From NCBI GenBank assembly GCA_965238215.1, contig OZ250180.1, positions 2,052,779-2,116,778 on the forward strand: a stretch of DNA of 64,000 nucleotides. The letters are read 5' to 3'. This DNA comes from Dehalococcoidia bacterium (GTDB lineage Bacteria > Chloroflexota > Dehalococcoidia > Lucifugimonadales > GCA-2712585). The translations under genes were made by a program, and so were the position numbers. Under the pieces are notes generated by a model. The model saw nothing but the letters and a program-made list of their open reading frames with translations, had not been told where the DNA came from and made no database searches. Of this stretch, positions 1 to 8,212 are shown in pieces (the stretch's first letter is position 1; every line of letters begins with the position of its first letter).

Positions 1-2
1 AT

Positions 3-1208
3 GTAGTAGTGGGGCTGGGGCATGAAGAGGAAGATGTGGAGGTATTGGCTACTCCGGGAGTGTCTTTCAGGGTGCGGGTGGAGACGCTGAGCGGTACGGA
101 GCAGAACGAACTGCGACAGAATTTGGCCACTGCCGTGCTGCCCATCCATTCCTTCATCGCCACGGGAGGCGTGGAGGAAGCGAAGAGGCTCATCGGCCAA
201 ACGGCTCAGCTGGTATTCGCGGAGCGGACCTGTCAGAACGCCGACTGTACGCAATTCGAAGACCAGGAAGCAGTGGGGCGAAGCGGAGAAGCTCTTACTG
301 GGGACAACCTGGTGCAGGCCTTTGCGGGTTCCCACCCAACCACGGGACTGCCCATCGTGAACTTTGTCTTCGACGGTGACGGGACGCGCATCTTCCGTGA
401 TTTCACCACACGGATAGCGGGAGACCAGACCAAGTGCATAGCGCACTTGCTGGACAAAGTCAGCATCATCTGCCCGGTAGCGCGGCAGCCCATCATCAGC
501 GGATCAGGGTTCATAGAAGGCCAGGACTTCACCTTTGACCGGGTGAGGACCCTTTCCATCCAGTTTGAATCGGGAAGCCTGCCGGTTTCGCTGGATCTGG
601 TGCGTGAGAGCACCGTAGACTCCTTCCTGGGCGGCGAATCGCTGAGAGCCAGCCTTAAGGCGGCGCTGGTGGGTCTGGGGCTGATTATATTGTTCATGAT
701 CATCTACTACCGGGCAGCCGGCCTCGTAGCGGCCTTTGCCCTGATAGTCTACACTGCGCTGCTGCTGGCCATATTTAAGATGACACCGGTGACGCTGACG
801 CTCTCCGGGCTGGCGGCAGTGATTCTTTCGATAGGCATGGCGGTGGACGCGAACATTCTGATATTCGAGCGGCTGAAAGAGGAGCTACGGGCGGGTCGTA
901 GCCTGCTGTCGTCCATGGAAATTGGGTTCCGCCGGGCGTGGCCCGCCATTCGGGACAGCAACACATCCACATTCATTACCTGCGGCATTCTCTTCTTCTT
1001 TGGGCGGGAGTTGGGCGAACCGAGAATCACGGGCTTCGCCATCACGCTGGCCATAGGCGTGGCTGTCAGCATGTTCACGGCGTTGATGGTGAGCCGGAAC
1101 TTCCTGCAGCTGCTGGCCTTCACCAAGTTGGGAGATAGGCTTAACCTGTTCACGCCGGAGGGTATGCGTAGGCGGGACGAGGAATCCGGGGAAGGGGGGT
1201 GGCGATGA
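3..1208 (+). CDS. secD: Protein translocase subunit SecD (5'-truncated by window edge)
   Basis: Frame open from window start; C-terminal TM block with IGMAVDANILIFERLKEE and AIRDSN motifs; stop overlaps secF start (ATGA). Confidence 0.95.
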   Translation, partial: VVVGLGHEEEDVEVLATPGVSFRVRVETLSGTEQNELRQNLATAVLPIHSFIATGGVEEAKRLIGQTAQLVFAERTCQNADCTQFEDQEAVGRSGEALTGDNLVQAFAGSHPTTGLPIVNFVFDGDGTRIFRDFTTRIAGDQTKCIAHLLDKVSIICPVARQPIISGSGFIEGQDFTFDRVRTLSIQFESGSLPVSLDLVRESTVDSFLGGESLRASLKAALVGLGLIILFMIIYYRAAGLVAAFALIVYTALLLAIFKMTPVTLTLSGLAAVILSIGMAVDANILIFERLKEELRAGRSLLSSMEIGFRRAWPAIRDSNTSTFITCGILFFFGRELGEPRITGFAITLAIGVAVSMFTALMVSRNFLQLLAFTKLGDRLNLFTPEGMRRRDEESGEGGWR

Positions 1209-2137
1209 ATATAGTCGGCAAACGCAGATGGTACTTCCTGATATCGGCACTGATTCTGGTGCCGGGGATCATTTCCCTCATTATTCCCCCGGCCGTCCGT
1301 GCCGGCATCGATTTTTCTAGCGGTTCCGCATTCGAAGTGACGTTTGAGCAGGCGGTGGAAGAGGAGCAGGTGCGGGGGGCCATGGCCAACGCGGATCACG
1401 CCGACGCGCGGATTCAGAAGCTCTCCGCCTCTACGGTGTTCATTCGCACGAAGGAGCTTCAGGAGGGGGAGCGGGACGACATTCAGAAGGAGTTGGAGCA
1501 GAGCGTTGCGCCGGTGGACTCCATCTCCAAGGTGGAAACGGTGTCGCCGGAAGTGGCTGGGGAGACGGTGCGGAATGCCGTGATTGCAGTGATGGTGGCG
1601 GCGGTAGGGATAATGTTTTATATAACGTGGGCATTCCGGCATATTCCCAGCTCCTTCCGATACGGGGTGGCAGCGGTGCTGGCCCTGGTTCACGACATTG
1701 TGATAATCATCGGCATATTCTCCATTCTGGGGAAGGTACTCGGCCTGGAAGTCAACGTGATGTTCGTGGTGGGCCTTCTGGCGGTGGCGGGGTACAGCGT
1801 CAACGATACCATCGTGGTCTTCGACCGCATACGGGAGAACGTGGCGCGGGACCTGGACCGCCCGCTGGCGGAGTCGGTGAACATCAGCATCATGGAGAGC
1901 ATGGGTAGGTCTTTGGGTACGAGCCTGACGACCACCTTTGCCCTGTTGGCCCTGTTGCTGATTGGGGGCGCTACGCTGCGGGAGTTCCTGCTGGTGCTTC
2001 TGATAGGCACGGTGGCGGGAACCTACAGTTCCATATTCATAGCGAGCCAATTCCTGGTAATGTGGGAATTGGGGGAGATAGGCAGCTTCTTCCGGATGGT
2101 GAATCCCATTCGGCGGCTGCGGGCGGCCCGGACTTAA
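1205..2137 (+). CDS. secF: Protein translocase subunit SecF
   Basis: GIDFSSG N-terminal motif; GYSVNDTIVVFDRIRE motif; directly after secD. Confidence 0.96.
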   Translation: MNIVGKRRWYFLISALILVPGIISLIIPPAVRAGIDFSSGSAFEVTFEQAVEEEQVRGAMANADHADARIQKLSASTVFIRTKELQEGERDDIQKELEQSVAPVDSISKVETVSPEVAGETVRNAVIAVMVAAVGIMFYITWAFRHIPSSFRYGVAAVLALVHDIVIIIGIFSILGKVLGLEVNVMFVVGLLAVAGYSVNDTIVVFDRIRENVARDLDRPLAESVNISIMESMGRSLGTSLTTTFALLALLLIGGATLREFLLVLLIGTVAGTYSSIFIASQFLVMWELGEIGSFFRMVNPIRRLRAART

Positions 2138-2159
2138 AGGGGAACCGGTGGGGGCCGGG

Positions 2160-2242
2160 CACCCCCATCCCCTGTCTTCACGAGGGCAGGCTCTCCGTGG
2201 GAACAACGGATGGGGATGGGTCCCCGCATGCGCGAGGACAAG
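2160..2242. repeat. REP-like palindrome cluster (families C and B)
   Basis: CCCCTGTCTTCACGAGGGCAGGCT plus GATGGGTCCCCGCATGCGCGAGGACAA, both recurring elsewhere in the window. Confidence 0.85.
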
Positions 2243-2278
2243 AGTGGAGTGCCGAGAATCCGGTGGGGGTAATTCCTG

Positions 2279-3043
2279 CTAGAACCAGGGGCCGCTTCTT
2301 TCGTAGCCGCCGGTGACGTGTAGGGCCGTGCCCGTTACCCATCGAGAGGCCGGGCTGACAAGATAGAGAACGGCCTGGCCGATGTCTCTGGGGGCGCCGA
2401 TACCCAGGGGATAGGGCTTTATCTGGGCGGCCCGTTCCTCCGCGGACCAGCCGAAATCTCTTGATTCCACGAGGGCAGGCATGATGGCGTTGACTCGTAC
2501 GCCTTTGGGGGCGACCTGGGCCGACGAGGCGATGGTCAGGCCGATGAGGCCGGCTTTGCTGGCGTTGTAGGCGGGGGAGCCGTTTGGGTCGCCGGCGGCG
2601 CGGGCGGCCTGGGAACTGATGTTGACGATACAGCCGCTGCCCGCCGTCAGCATGGGCTTGAGGGCGGCGCGGGTGCAGTAGAAGACTCCGCTGAGATTGA
2701 CGTCGATGGTACGCTGCCACTCCTCGTTGGTGAGGCCCCAGATGGTACCCCGGGGAGCGTCTATACCGGCGTTGTTGACGAGTATGCCCAGGGAGCCGAA
2801 CTTCTGCAGAGCTAGTTCGACCAGGGCCTCGGCGTCGGACGGGCGGCTGGTGTCCATAATCATGGCGGCGGCGCGGCCGCCCTTCTGCTCAATTTGGCGC
2901 ACGGTGTTGGTGGCGTCCTGAATGTCGCCGATGACGATATTGGAGCCAGCCTCGCTGAGAACGAGCGCGATGCCCTGGCCTATGCCCTGGGCGGCTCCGG
3001 TGACGATCGCGGTCTGGCCGTCCAGCCGGTGGTCTTCATTCAT
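2279..3043 (-). CDS. Short-chain dehydrogenase/reductase (FabG-like)
   Basis: TGAAQGIG, NNAG and YNASK motifs; start placed at ATG 3043 after AAGGAG. Confidence 0.92.
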   Translation of the reverse strand: MNEDHRLDGQTAIVTGAAQGIGQGIALVLSEAGSNIVIGDIQDATNTVRQIEQKGGRAAAMIMDTSRPSDAEALVELALQKFGSLGILVNNAGIDAPRGTIWGLTNEEWQRTIDVNLSGVFYCTRAALKPMLTAGSGCIVNISSQAARAAGDPNGSPAYNASKAGLIGLTIASSAQVAPKGVRVNAIMPALVESRDFGWSAEERAAQIKPYPLGIGAPRDIGQAVLYLVSPASRWVTGTALHVTGGYERSGPWF

Positions 3044-3068
3044 GGTTTTTTGCTCCTTGGGGACTGAT

Positions 3069-3386
3069 GTATTCGTTTTCGGGTTTCTAGGCATGGTCTT
3101 GATTCGTTAGTGAAATCGAATCCGTGCCTGAGAGTATTCGTTTCAGGCGTGAGATTCGTTACAAAAAAGCCGGGCAGACGAATGGTGGGTTGGCGTACGC
3201 GTCTTCGCCGAGGCAGGCTCTGCGTGGGGGGCGGGATGGGGTGTGGTAACAACAGGAGCGGGCGGTTCGCGAACCGCCCCTACAAGATGCCAAAGAGCTT
3301 GCTGGTCTATTCTCATAGTATTGGCATGTGTGGGGTAGGGAGTTATTCATGGAGGGAGGGTAGCAGGGGATGGCGTATATGGGCAA
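3069..3386 (-). repeat. Dispersed composite element, copy 1 (promoter + leaderless ATG + AACGAAT repeats), interrupted by a GTAG REP at 3260-3283
   Basis: Minus strand TTGCCC-18-TACCCT-6-ATG (ATG 3350); ATTCGTT at 3071, 3102, 3136, 3154; 3136-3185 matches 49836-49885 at 42/50. Confidence 0.7.
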
Positions 3387-3414
3387 CGGGGGGATGGCAG
3401 TTTGGGAGAGGTTA

Positions 3415-3522
3415 TCACCCCCATCCCCCGTCTTCACGAGGGCAGGCTCTAGCCTTCCCCCATCAAGGGGGAAGGAAGGGGCGCGGGAGGGAGGGGATGG
3501 GTCCCCGCATGCGCGAGGACAA
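3415..3522. repeat. REP-like cluster (family C nested in family D, then family B)
   Basis: CACCCCCATC[CCCCGTCTTCACGAGGGCAGGCT]CTAGCCTTCCCCCATCAAGGGGGAAGG; GATGGGTCCCCGCATGCGCGAGGACAA. Confidence 0.85.
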
Positions 3523-3625
3523 GAGGGTTAGGAATGACGGGGGGGGGGGCATTACTGCTAACATAGGGGCGCATCTGGGCCCGTTTAGGTCAGGCCCAAA
3601 GCAGCCATCCTGCAAGAGGCTATAG

Positions 3626-5095
3626 ATGAACAAGTCAGAGATTCCCTTTCTCACCGCTACGGAGATTTCGGAGCAGATTCAAAGCCGGAATGTCTCGCCG
3701 GTGGAGGTTACGGAGGCGTATCTGGAGCGCATTGAGGCGTTGAACCCCAAACTGAATTCCTATATAACCGTCATGGCTGACGAGGCCATTACGGCGGCGC
3801 AGGAAGCGGAGACGGCCATTGCATTGGGCGGATATCTTGGCCCCATGCACGGGGTGCCGGTGGCTATTAAGGACCAGTTTCTGACTAAGGGAATTCTCAC
3901 GACCGCCGGTTCCAACGTGCTGCGCGACTTCATTCCCGAAGAAGACGCGACGGTAGTGACGCGGTTGAAAGAGGCGGGGGCCGTCATCATCGGGAAGACG
4001 AACCTGACGGAGTTTGCAATCACGACCAATCATTACTATCCCCACGGGATGATGTACAACCCGTGGGACATGGGCCATTTCGCCGGTTCTTCGAGCGGGG
4101 GGTCGGCGTCGGCGACCGCCGCATTTCTGTGCGCCACGTCGTTGGGCGAAGACACGGGCGGTTCCGTCCGCGGACCGGCGGCCGCGTGCGGTCTGGCGGG
4201 CTTTCGCAGCACCTACGGACTGGTGAGTCGATACGGGCTTCTGGGAGCCTGCTGGTCAAAGGACGTGATTGGGCCCATCTCGCGCACAGTGGCAGACTGC
4301 GCCATCACGTTTCAGGCCATTGCGGGCCACGACCCGAAGGACAGGTACACCAGCCAAGATCCCGTGCCCGACTATACGGCGGCTCTGACCGGGGACATTC
4401 GAGGGTTGAAGGTGGGCGTGGTGGTTGAACGGGTGCACACGGAGGACGTTTTGCCGGAGGTGCGCGACGCTGTCTTGGAGGCGATAGACGTGCTGCGGGA
4501 GCAGGGCGCTGAGGTAACGGAGATATCCCTGCCAATGATTCCGCTGACGGCGGCCTTCTCGCTGGTGGGAGAGCTGGTAGAAGCGGCGGCCATACATCAT
4601 AGGTGGGTGCGCGAACGGCTGGATGAGTATCAGAACGAGCTGCGGTTGACGCTGCTGATGGCGAACCTGATACCGGCGCAGACGTACTACAAGGCCAATC
4701 AGCTGCGGGCCTATTGGCGTGAGGAGATGCTAGCAGCCTTTGATTCCGTGGACCTGATGGTGTACCCGACGTCGCCTTCCGTGGCCCCGACGGTCCCGCC
4801 ACCGTCGGGGCTAGCAAGCCGGGAGGACATGAAGGTGAACTTCTTTGGGCGGCGCAGTTTCACCCATCCGGCCAGTCTTGCCGGATGCCCAGCGCTATCG
4901 GTGAACTGCGGTTTCACGGAGGCGGGTCTGCCGATGGGCCTGCAGATTATCGGGCGGCCCTTCGATGACGGTACGGTGCTGCGGGCGGGGCACGTCTACG
5001 AGCAGGCGACGCCGTGGCACAAGCGCCGACCGCCAGGATTTGGGCCGGATGACGGTGGGGAGGGGAGACTACCTCTTGGAGAATCAACTACCTAG
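3626..5095 (+). CDS. Amidase-signature family protein (GatA/AtzE-like)
   Basis: GVPVAIKD, AGSSSGGS, SLGEDTGGSVRGPA (Ser-cisSer-Lys triad); no gatB nearby. Confidence 0.92.
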   Translation: MNKSEIPFLTATEISEQIQSRNVSPVEVTEAYLERIEALNPKLNSYITVMADEAITAAQEAETAIALGGYLGPMHGVPVAIKDQFLTKGILTTAGSNVLRDFIPEEDATVVTRLKEAGAVIIGKTNLTEFAITTNHYYPHGMMYNPWDMGHFAGSSSGGSASATAAFLCATSLGEDTGGSVRGPAAACGLAGFRSTYGLVSRYGLLGACWSKDVIGPISRTVADCAITFQAIAGHDPKDRYTSQDPVPDYTAALTGDIRGLKVGVVVERVHTEDVLPEVRDAVLEAIDVLREQGAEVTEISLPMIPLTAAFSLVGELVEAAAIHHRWVRERLDEYQNELRLTLLMANLIPAQTYYKANQLRAYWREEMLAAFDSVDLMVYPTSPSVAPTVPPPSGLASREDMKVNFFGRRSFTHPASLAGCPALSVNCGFTEAGLPMGLQIIGRPFDDGTVLRAGHVYEQATPWHKRRPPGFGPDDGGEGRLPLGESTT

Positions 5096-6058
5096 TCGCC
5101 CTGATCCTATAGCTAATCGCCTGCTCCTCCTTTCTGAACGATGTCACGAGTCCTCCGTCGAAGGTCATCCACTTCCTTTGGGCGGATACATCCGGAACCA
5201 AGCAAATGATAGGTATGAATTTGTCACCCTCTGGACGTTTGACGGCCTTGTTGTCGCATAGGCTGTCATACAGAAAAAAGCAGATTCAATGACTACGATA
5301 TGGTGATAGCTGATCCCTGCGAATCGAAGACCGCCCAATATCTTGGTCTCAATGTTCTTGTGCACATGAGGCTCCTTGCTTGGGTCTGATGTCATCATTC
5401 GTGACATCTGAGGAGCGTGAACAGACTCTGTATTGGCTACCAGCCTGATGACCTCTCCAAGGGACACCCCTCTATTGTTTACCATAACGAGTTGTTGGCC
5501 AAGCCACCTGTCGCAATCGAGTATGGAAGCGCCTCGTGTGTTAAACAACTTTGAGGATCTAACTTGCCATGGATTAGATTCGGACGCCTTTCCAGTCCAA
5601 CCCAGCGTCCCTGGAAGAGGCCACTCGATTGATACGGTGAATCTCTGAGATCCGAATGGCACGTGCCAAGGTCCCCCATGAGACTTTGCGACCTCATCAA
5701 CTGGGACTATCTGCATGTACCCACCCTTTATGTCCAACACAACGATTTCGAAGGACTCTCCCGCTTCCTCATTCCGTCGGAGCCTGCTGAACCTAAGTCC
5801 GATTGATTTGCATGTATCGTCGTCCAGCAATCGAGTCCTACTGTCTCCCTTGTCGCCGATTACGGTCTTGCGAAGGAACAACCCACACGAACGGGCCAGA
5901 GATTCAACTGATTGAAGAAACTGGCTTGTATTGTTTGTGTCAGCGAGGCTAAAACCTCCAATAGTGAGATGAAGGTCCGTCATTGCTGACTGGAGCCTTT
6001 CGAGCTTGTTCTTGTGTCTCAGTGAAACTGTGCTCCCCACGGTGTTGACGAATTGCAT
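5088..6058 (-). pseudogene. Hypothetical protein copy A2, frameshifted paralog of 9570-10550
   Basis: Colinear with 9570-10550; 1-nt loss at the A6 run 5274-5279 shifts frame after IESA; homologous tail and TAG continue to 5088. Confidence 0.8.
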
Positions 6059-6090
6059 CCTACACTAAACTCCAAGTAGACATAACCTCA

Positions 6091-6120
6091 ATTATATCAC
6101 GTGATAGAACGTGCGGTCAT
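6091..6120 (-). promoter_or_regulatory. Extended -10 promoter of cargo gene A2
   Basis: Minus strand TG-A-TATAAT (6091-6096); upstream ~40 bp nearly identical to 10561-10602. Confidence 0.65.
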
Positions 6121-6165
6121 AAGAGGAGGTCGTCGGGATTTGGGCCGGATGACAATGGGGATTAG
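6118..6165 (+). repeat. Displaced 3' end of amidase 3626-5095 (tail copy 2)
   Basis: Encodes HKRRSSGFGPDDNGD* vs HKRRPPGFGPDDGG in the gene; 18 bp identical core 6136-6153 = 5036-5053. Confidence 0.85.
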
Positions 6166-6773
6166 CTAGTCGCTGGTTTTCGAGGCTTTGATGGGGGGAA
6201 GAATTGGCCAACTTCCAGAGTGACGTCGGGGAATGCCTGGGGGGCGATCATTTCGCTGGTGGTTGCGTGTCTAACGTTAGAATACGTTCCCTCTGAGGGT
6301 TCGGTGTAGGATTCGATGCGACGGTTTTCGCGGGAAACGATCCACACCTCCGGGATGCCGGCGCGGGCGTAGGCGGAGAGCTTGGCGTTCCGGTCATAGT
6401 CGAGGGTGGTGTCGGAGACTTCGATTAGGAGCAATACATCGGCCGGGCGGGGATGCCCTCCCTCGTAGTAGTCGTCGCGCCACTTGAGCAGCATAATGTC
6501 GGGTTGCGGCTCGCTTTCGTCGTTCAGGCGAGTCGGCCCCTGGACGCTCACGACGGCCCGTCCCTGAAACAATGAGGGAAATAAGTTGGTGAACCGGTTA
6601 ACCTTGGCTTGGTGCCAGTCTCCAATGGGGGGCATGTGTATGATATCTCCATCTAGCAGTTCGACCCGATCGTTCTCGGAAATAATGCCATGGCGGGCCA
6701 TCGCATAGTATTCGGCCACGGTGAAGCGATGGCGGGTCGGTGTTTGCGTTAGCGTGGAGGTGGCAATGGTCAT
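6162..6773 (-). CDS. Uma2 family PD-(D/E)XK endonuclease-like protein
   Basis: RFTVAEY, RVELLDGDII, SEPQPDI, LLIEVSDTT, YARAGIPEVWIV motifs. Confidence 0.92.
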   Translation of the reverse strand: MTIATSTLTQTPTRHRFTVAEYYAMARHGIISENDRVELLDGDIIHMPPIGDWHQAKVNRFTNLFPSLFQGRAVVSVQGPTRLNDESEPQPDIMLLKWRDDYYEGGHPRPADVLLLIEVSDTTLDYDRNAKLSAYARAGIPEVWIVSRENRRIESYTEPSEGTYSNVRHATTSEMIAPQAFPDVTLEVGQFFPPSKPRKPATS

Positions 6774-6880
6774 GACGACTGTGCCTTCCTTCCTTTGATA
6801 GGCGTTCTTACGACACTTCAACGTTACAGATATTCTATAGCTGCAGAGTCTCTGGGGCAACGGTAAGCTTTGCTGTAAGC

Positions 6881-6904
6881 GGGCGGTTCGCGAACCGCCC
6901 CTAC
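6881..6904. repeat. GTAG-type REP (family A)
   Basis: GGGCGGTTCGCGAACCGCCCCTAC palindrome; identical copies at 3260, 27864, 29007. Confidence 0.9.
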
Positions 6905-6916
6905 AAAATTACGTAA

Positions 6917-6942
6917 GGGGGTGGGGAGCCACCATTCGCGGC
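6917..6942 (-). repeat. Displaced 3' end of amidohydrolase (tail copy 3)
   Basis: 26 bp identical to 10680-10705, encodes REWWLPTP. Confidence 0.85.
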
Positions 6943-6955
6943 TGTGGGGAGGTTA

Positions 6956-7419
6956 GAGGTTTAAGGGCTTATGGGGAGCTCGAAGCCCAAATCGCAGTCC
7001 GTGAGCAATTGCGGGTGGCCGTCCTTGAGGTGGAAGGTGTCTTCCAGGCGAACGCCGCCTACTCCCGGGACGGAAAGAACGGAGTGGCCGACGGTAAGAG
7101 TCATTCCGTCGCGCAGCTTGAAGCTGAAGTCGGCGGGGTGGATGGTGGGGCGCGGCATCTCCTCGAAGTCCAAGCCGATGCTGTGGCTGATGCCCGGGAT
7201 GTAGAATTCACCGAAGCCGGCGTCGACGAAGACCTTTCGGGCCGCCGCGTCGATGTCTCCGTTTTTGTCCCCTGGCTTGACGGCGGCAACGCCCGCCTCT
7301 TGCGCCCGCCGGTACACGTTGAACAGTTCCAGATGCTTGGCGGTTGCCGGACCAACGACGAAAGTTCGCGTCAGGTTGGCGCAGTAGCCTTGAAAACGCG
7401 GAACCACGTCGACCACCAC
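6956..7419 (-). pseudogene. Diverged 3' fragment (about 152 codons) of the M24 peptidase
   Basis: Colinear with 8208-8671 (offset 1252); lacks the N-terminal two-thirds and an RBS. Confidence 0.9.
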
Positions 7420-7420
7420 G

Positions 7421-7450
7421 AGGCCGCCGGGGTTTGGGGATGTGGGCTAG
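7421..7450 (+). repeat. Displaced 3' end of amidase (tail copy 3)
   Basis: AGG CCG CCG GGG TTT GGG GAT GTG GGC TAG = RPPGFGDVG*, matching the amidase C-terminal RPPGFG. Confidence 0.7.
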
Positions 7451-8058
7451 CCAGTCGTTGCTTTCCGTGGCTTCAGTTTGGGGAAGAATTGGCCAACTTC
7501 CAGGGTGACGTCGGGGAATGCCTGGGGGGCAATGGTCTCGGTTGGACCGGCGTGTCGGACGTTGGAGTATGTTCCCTCTGAAGGACTTGTGTAGGCTTCG
7601 ATACGGCGGTCCTGTCTGGAAACTATCCACACCTCCGGGATGCCGGCGCGGGCATAGGCGGAGAGCTTGGCGTTGCGGTCGTATTCAACGGTGGTGTCGG
7701 AGACTTCGATGAGGAGTAGGATGTCTGTTGGGCTAGGGTGTCCTCTCCTGTAGAAATTGTCGCGCCATTTCAGCAACGAAATGTCGGGTTGGGGCTCGCT
7801 GACGTCGTTCAGGCGTGCCGGTCCTTGGACGCGTACGATCGCCCGTCCCTGCAACGGTGGAAGCATCAGGTGGTTAAATCGGTCAACGCTGGCTTGGTGC
7901 CAGTCTCCAATAGGCGGCATGTGGATGATGTCTCCGTCAAGCAGTTCGACGCGGTCGGTTTTTGTAAGGATGCTGGCGTCAGCCAGGGCGTAGTATTCGG
8001 CCACTGTGAAGCAGTGGCGTGTAGGGGTTGATGTGAGCGGGGCGGCGATAATGGTCAC
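7447..8058 (-). CDS. Uma2 family endonuclease-like protein (paralog of 6162-6773)
   Basis: Same motifs; GTG start. Confidence 0.92.
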   Translation of the reverse strand: MTIIAAPLTSTPTRHCFTVAEYYALADASILTKTDRVELLDGDIIHMPPIGDWHQASVDRFNHLMLPPLQGRAIVRVQGPARLNDVSEPQPDISLLKWRDNFYRRGHPSPTDILLLIEVSDTTVEYDRNAKLSAYARAGIPEVWIVSRQDRRIEAYTSPSEGTYSNVRHAGPTETIAPQAFPDVTLEVGQFFPKLKPRKATTG

Positions 8059-8212
8059 GACGACTGTGTCAACTTCATTCGTGTAGTGTCCTTAAGAGGA
8101 TTCTTCAGTATAGACATTCTACAACTGTAACCGATGCGCCGCAACGGGAATCTCGACTGCAACGTGCGAGGGTTATGCACCGATTCGTTGTTCAAGCCGG
8201 GGGGGTCGAGGT

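Noticed and set aside
3626..5095. Calling the amidases gatA
   Set aside because: Two paralogs, no gatB, catabolic context; family-level call only
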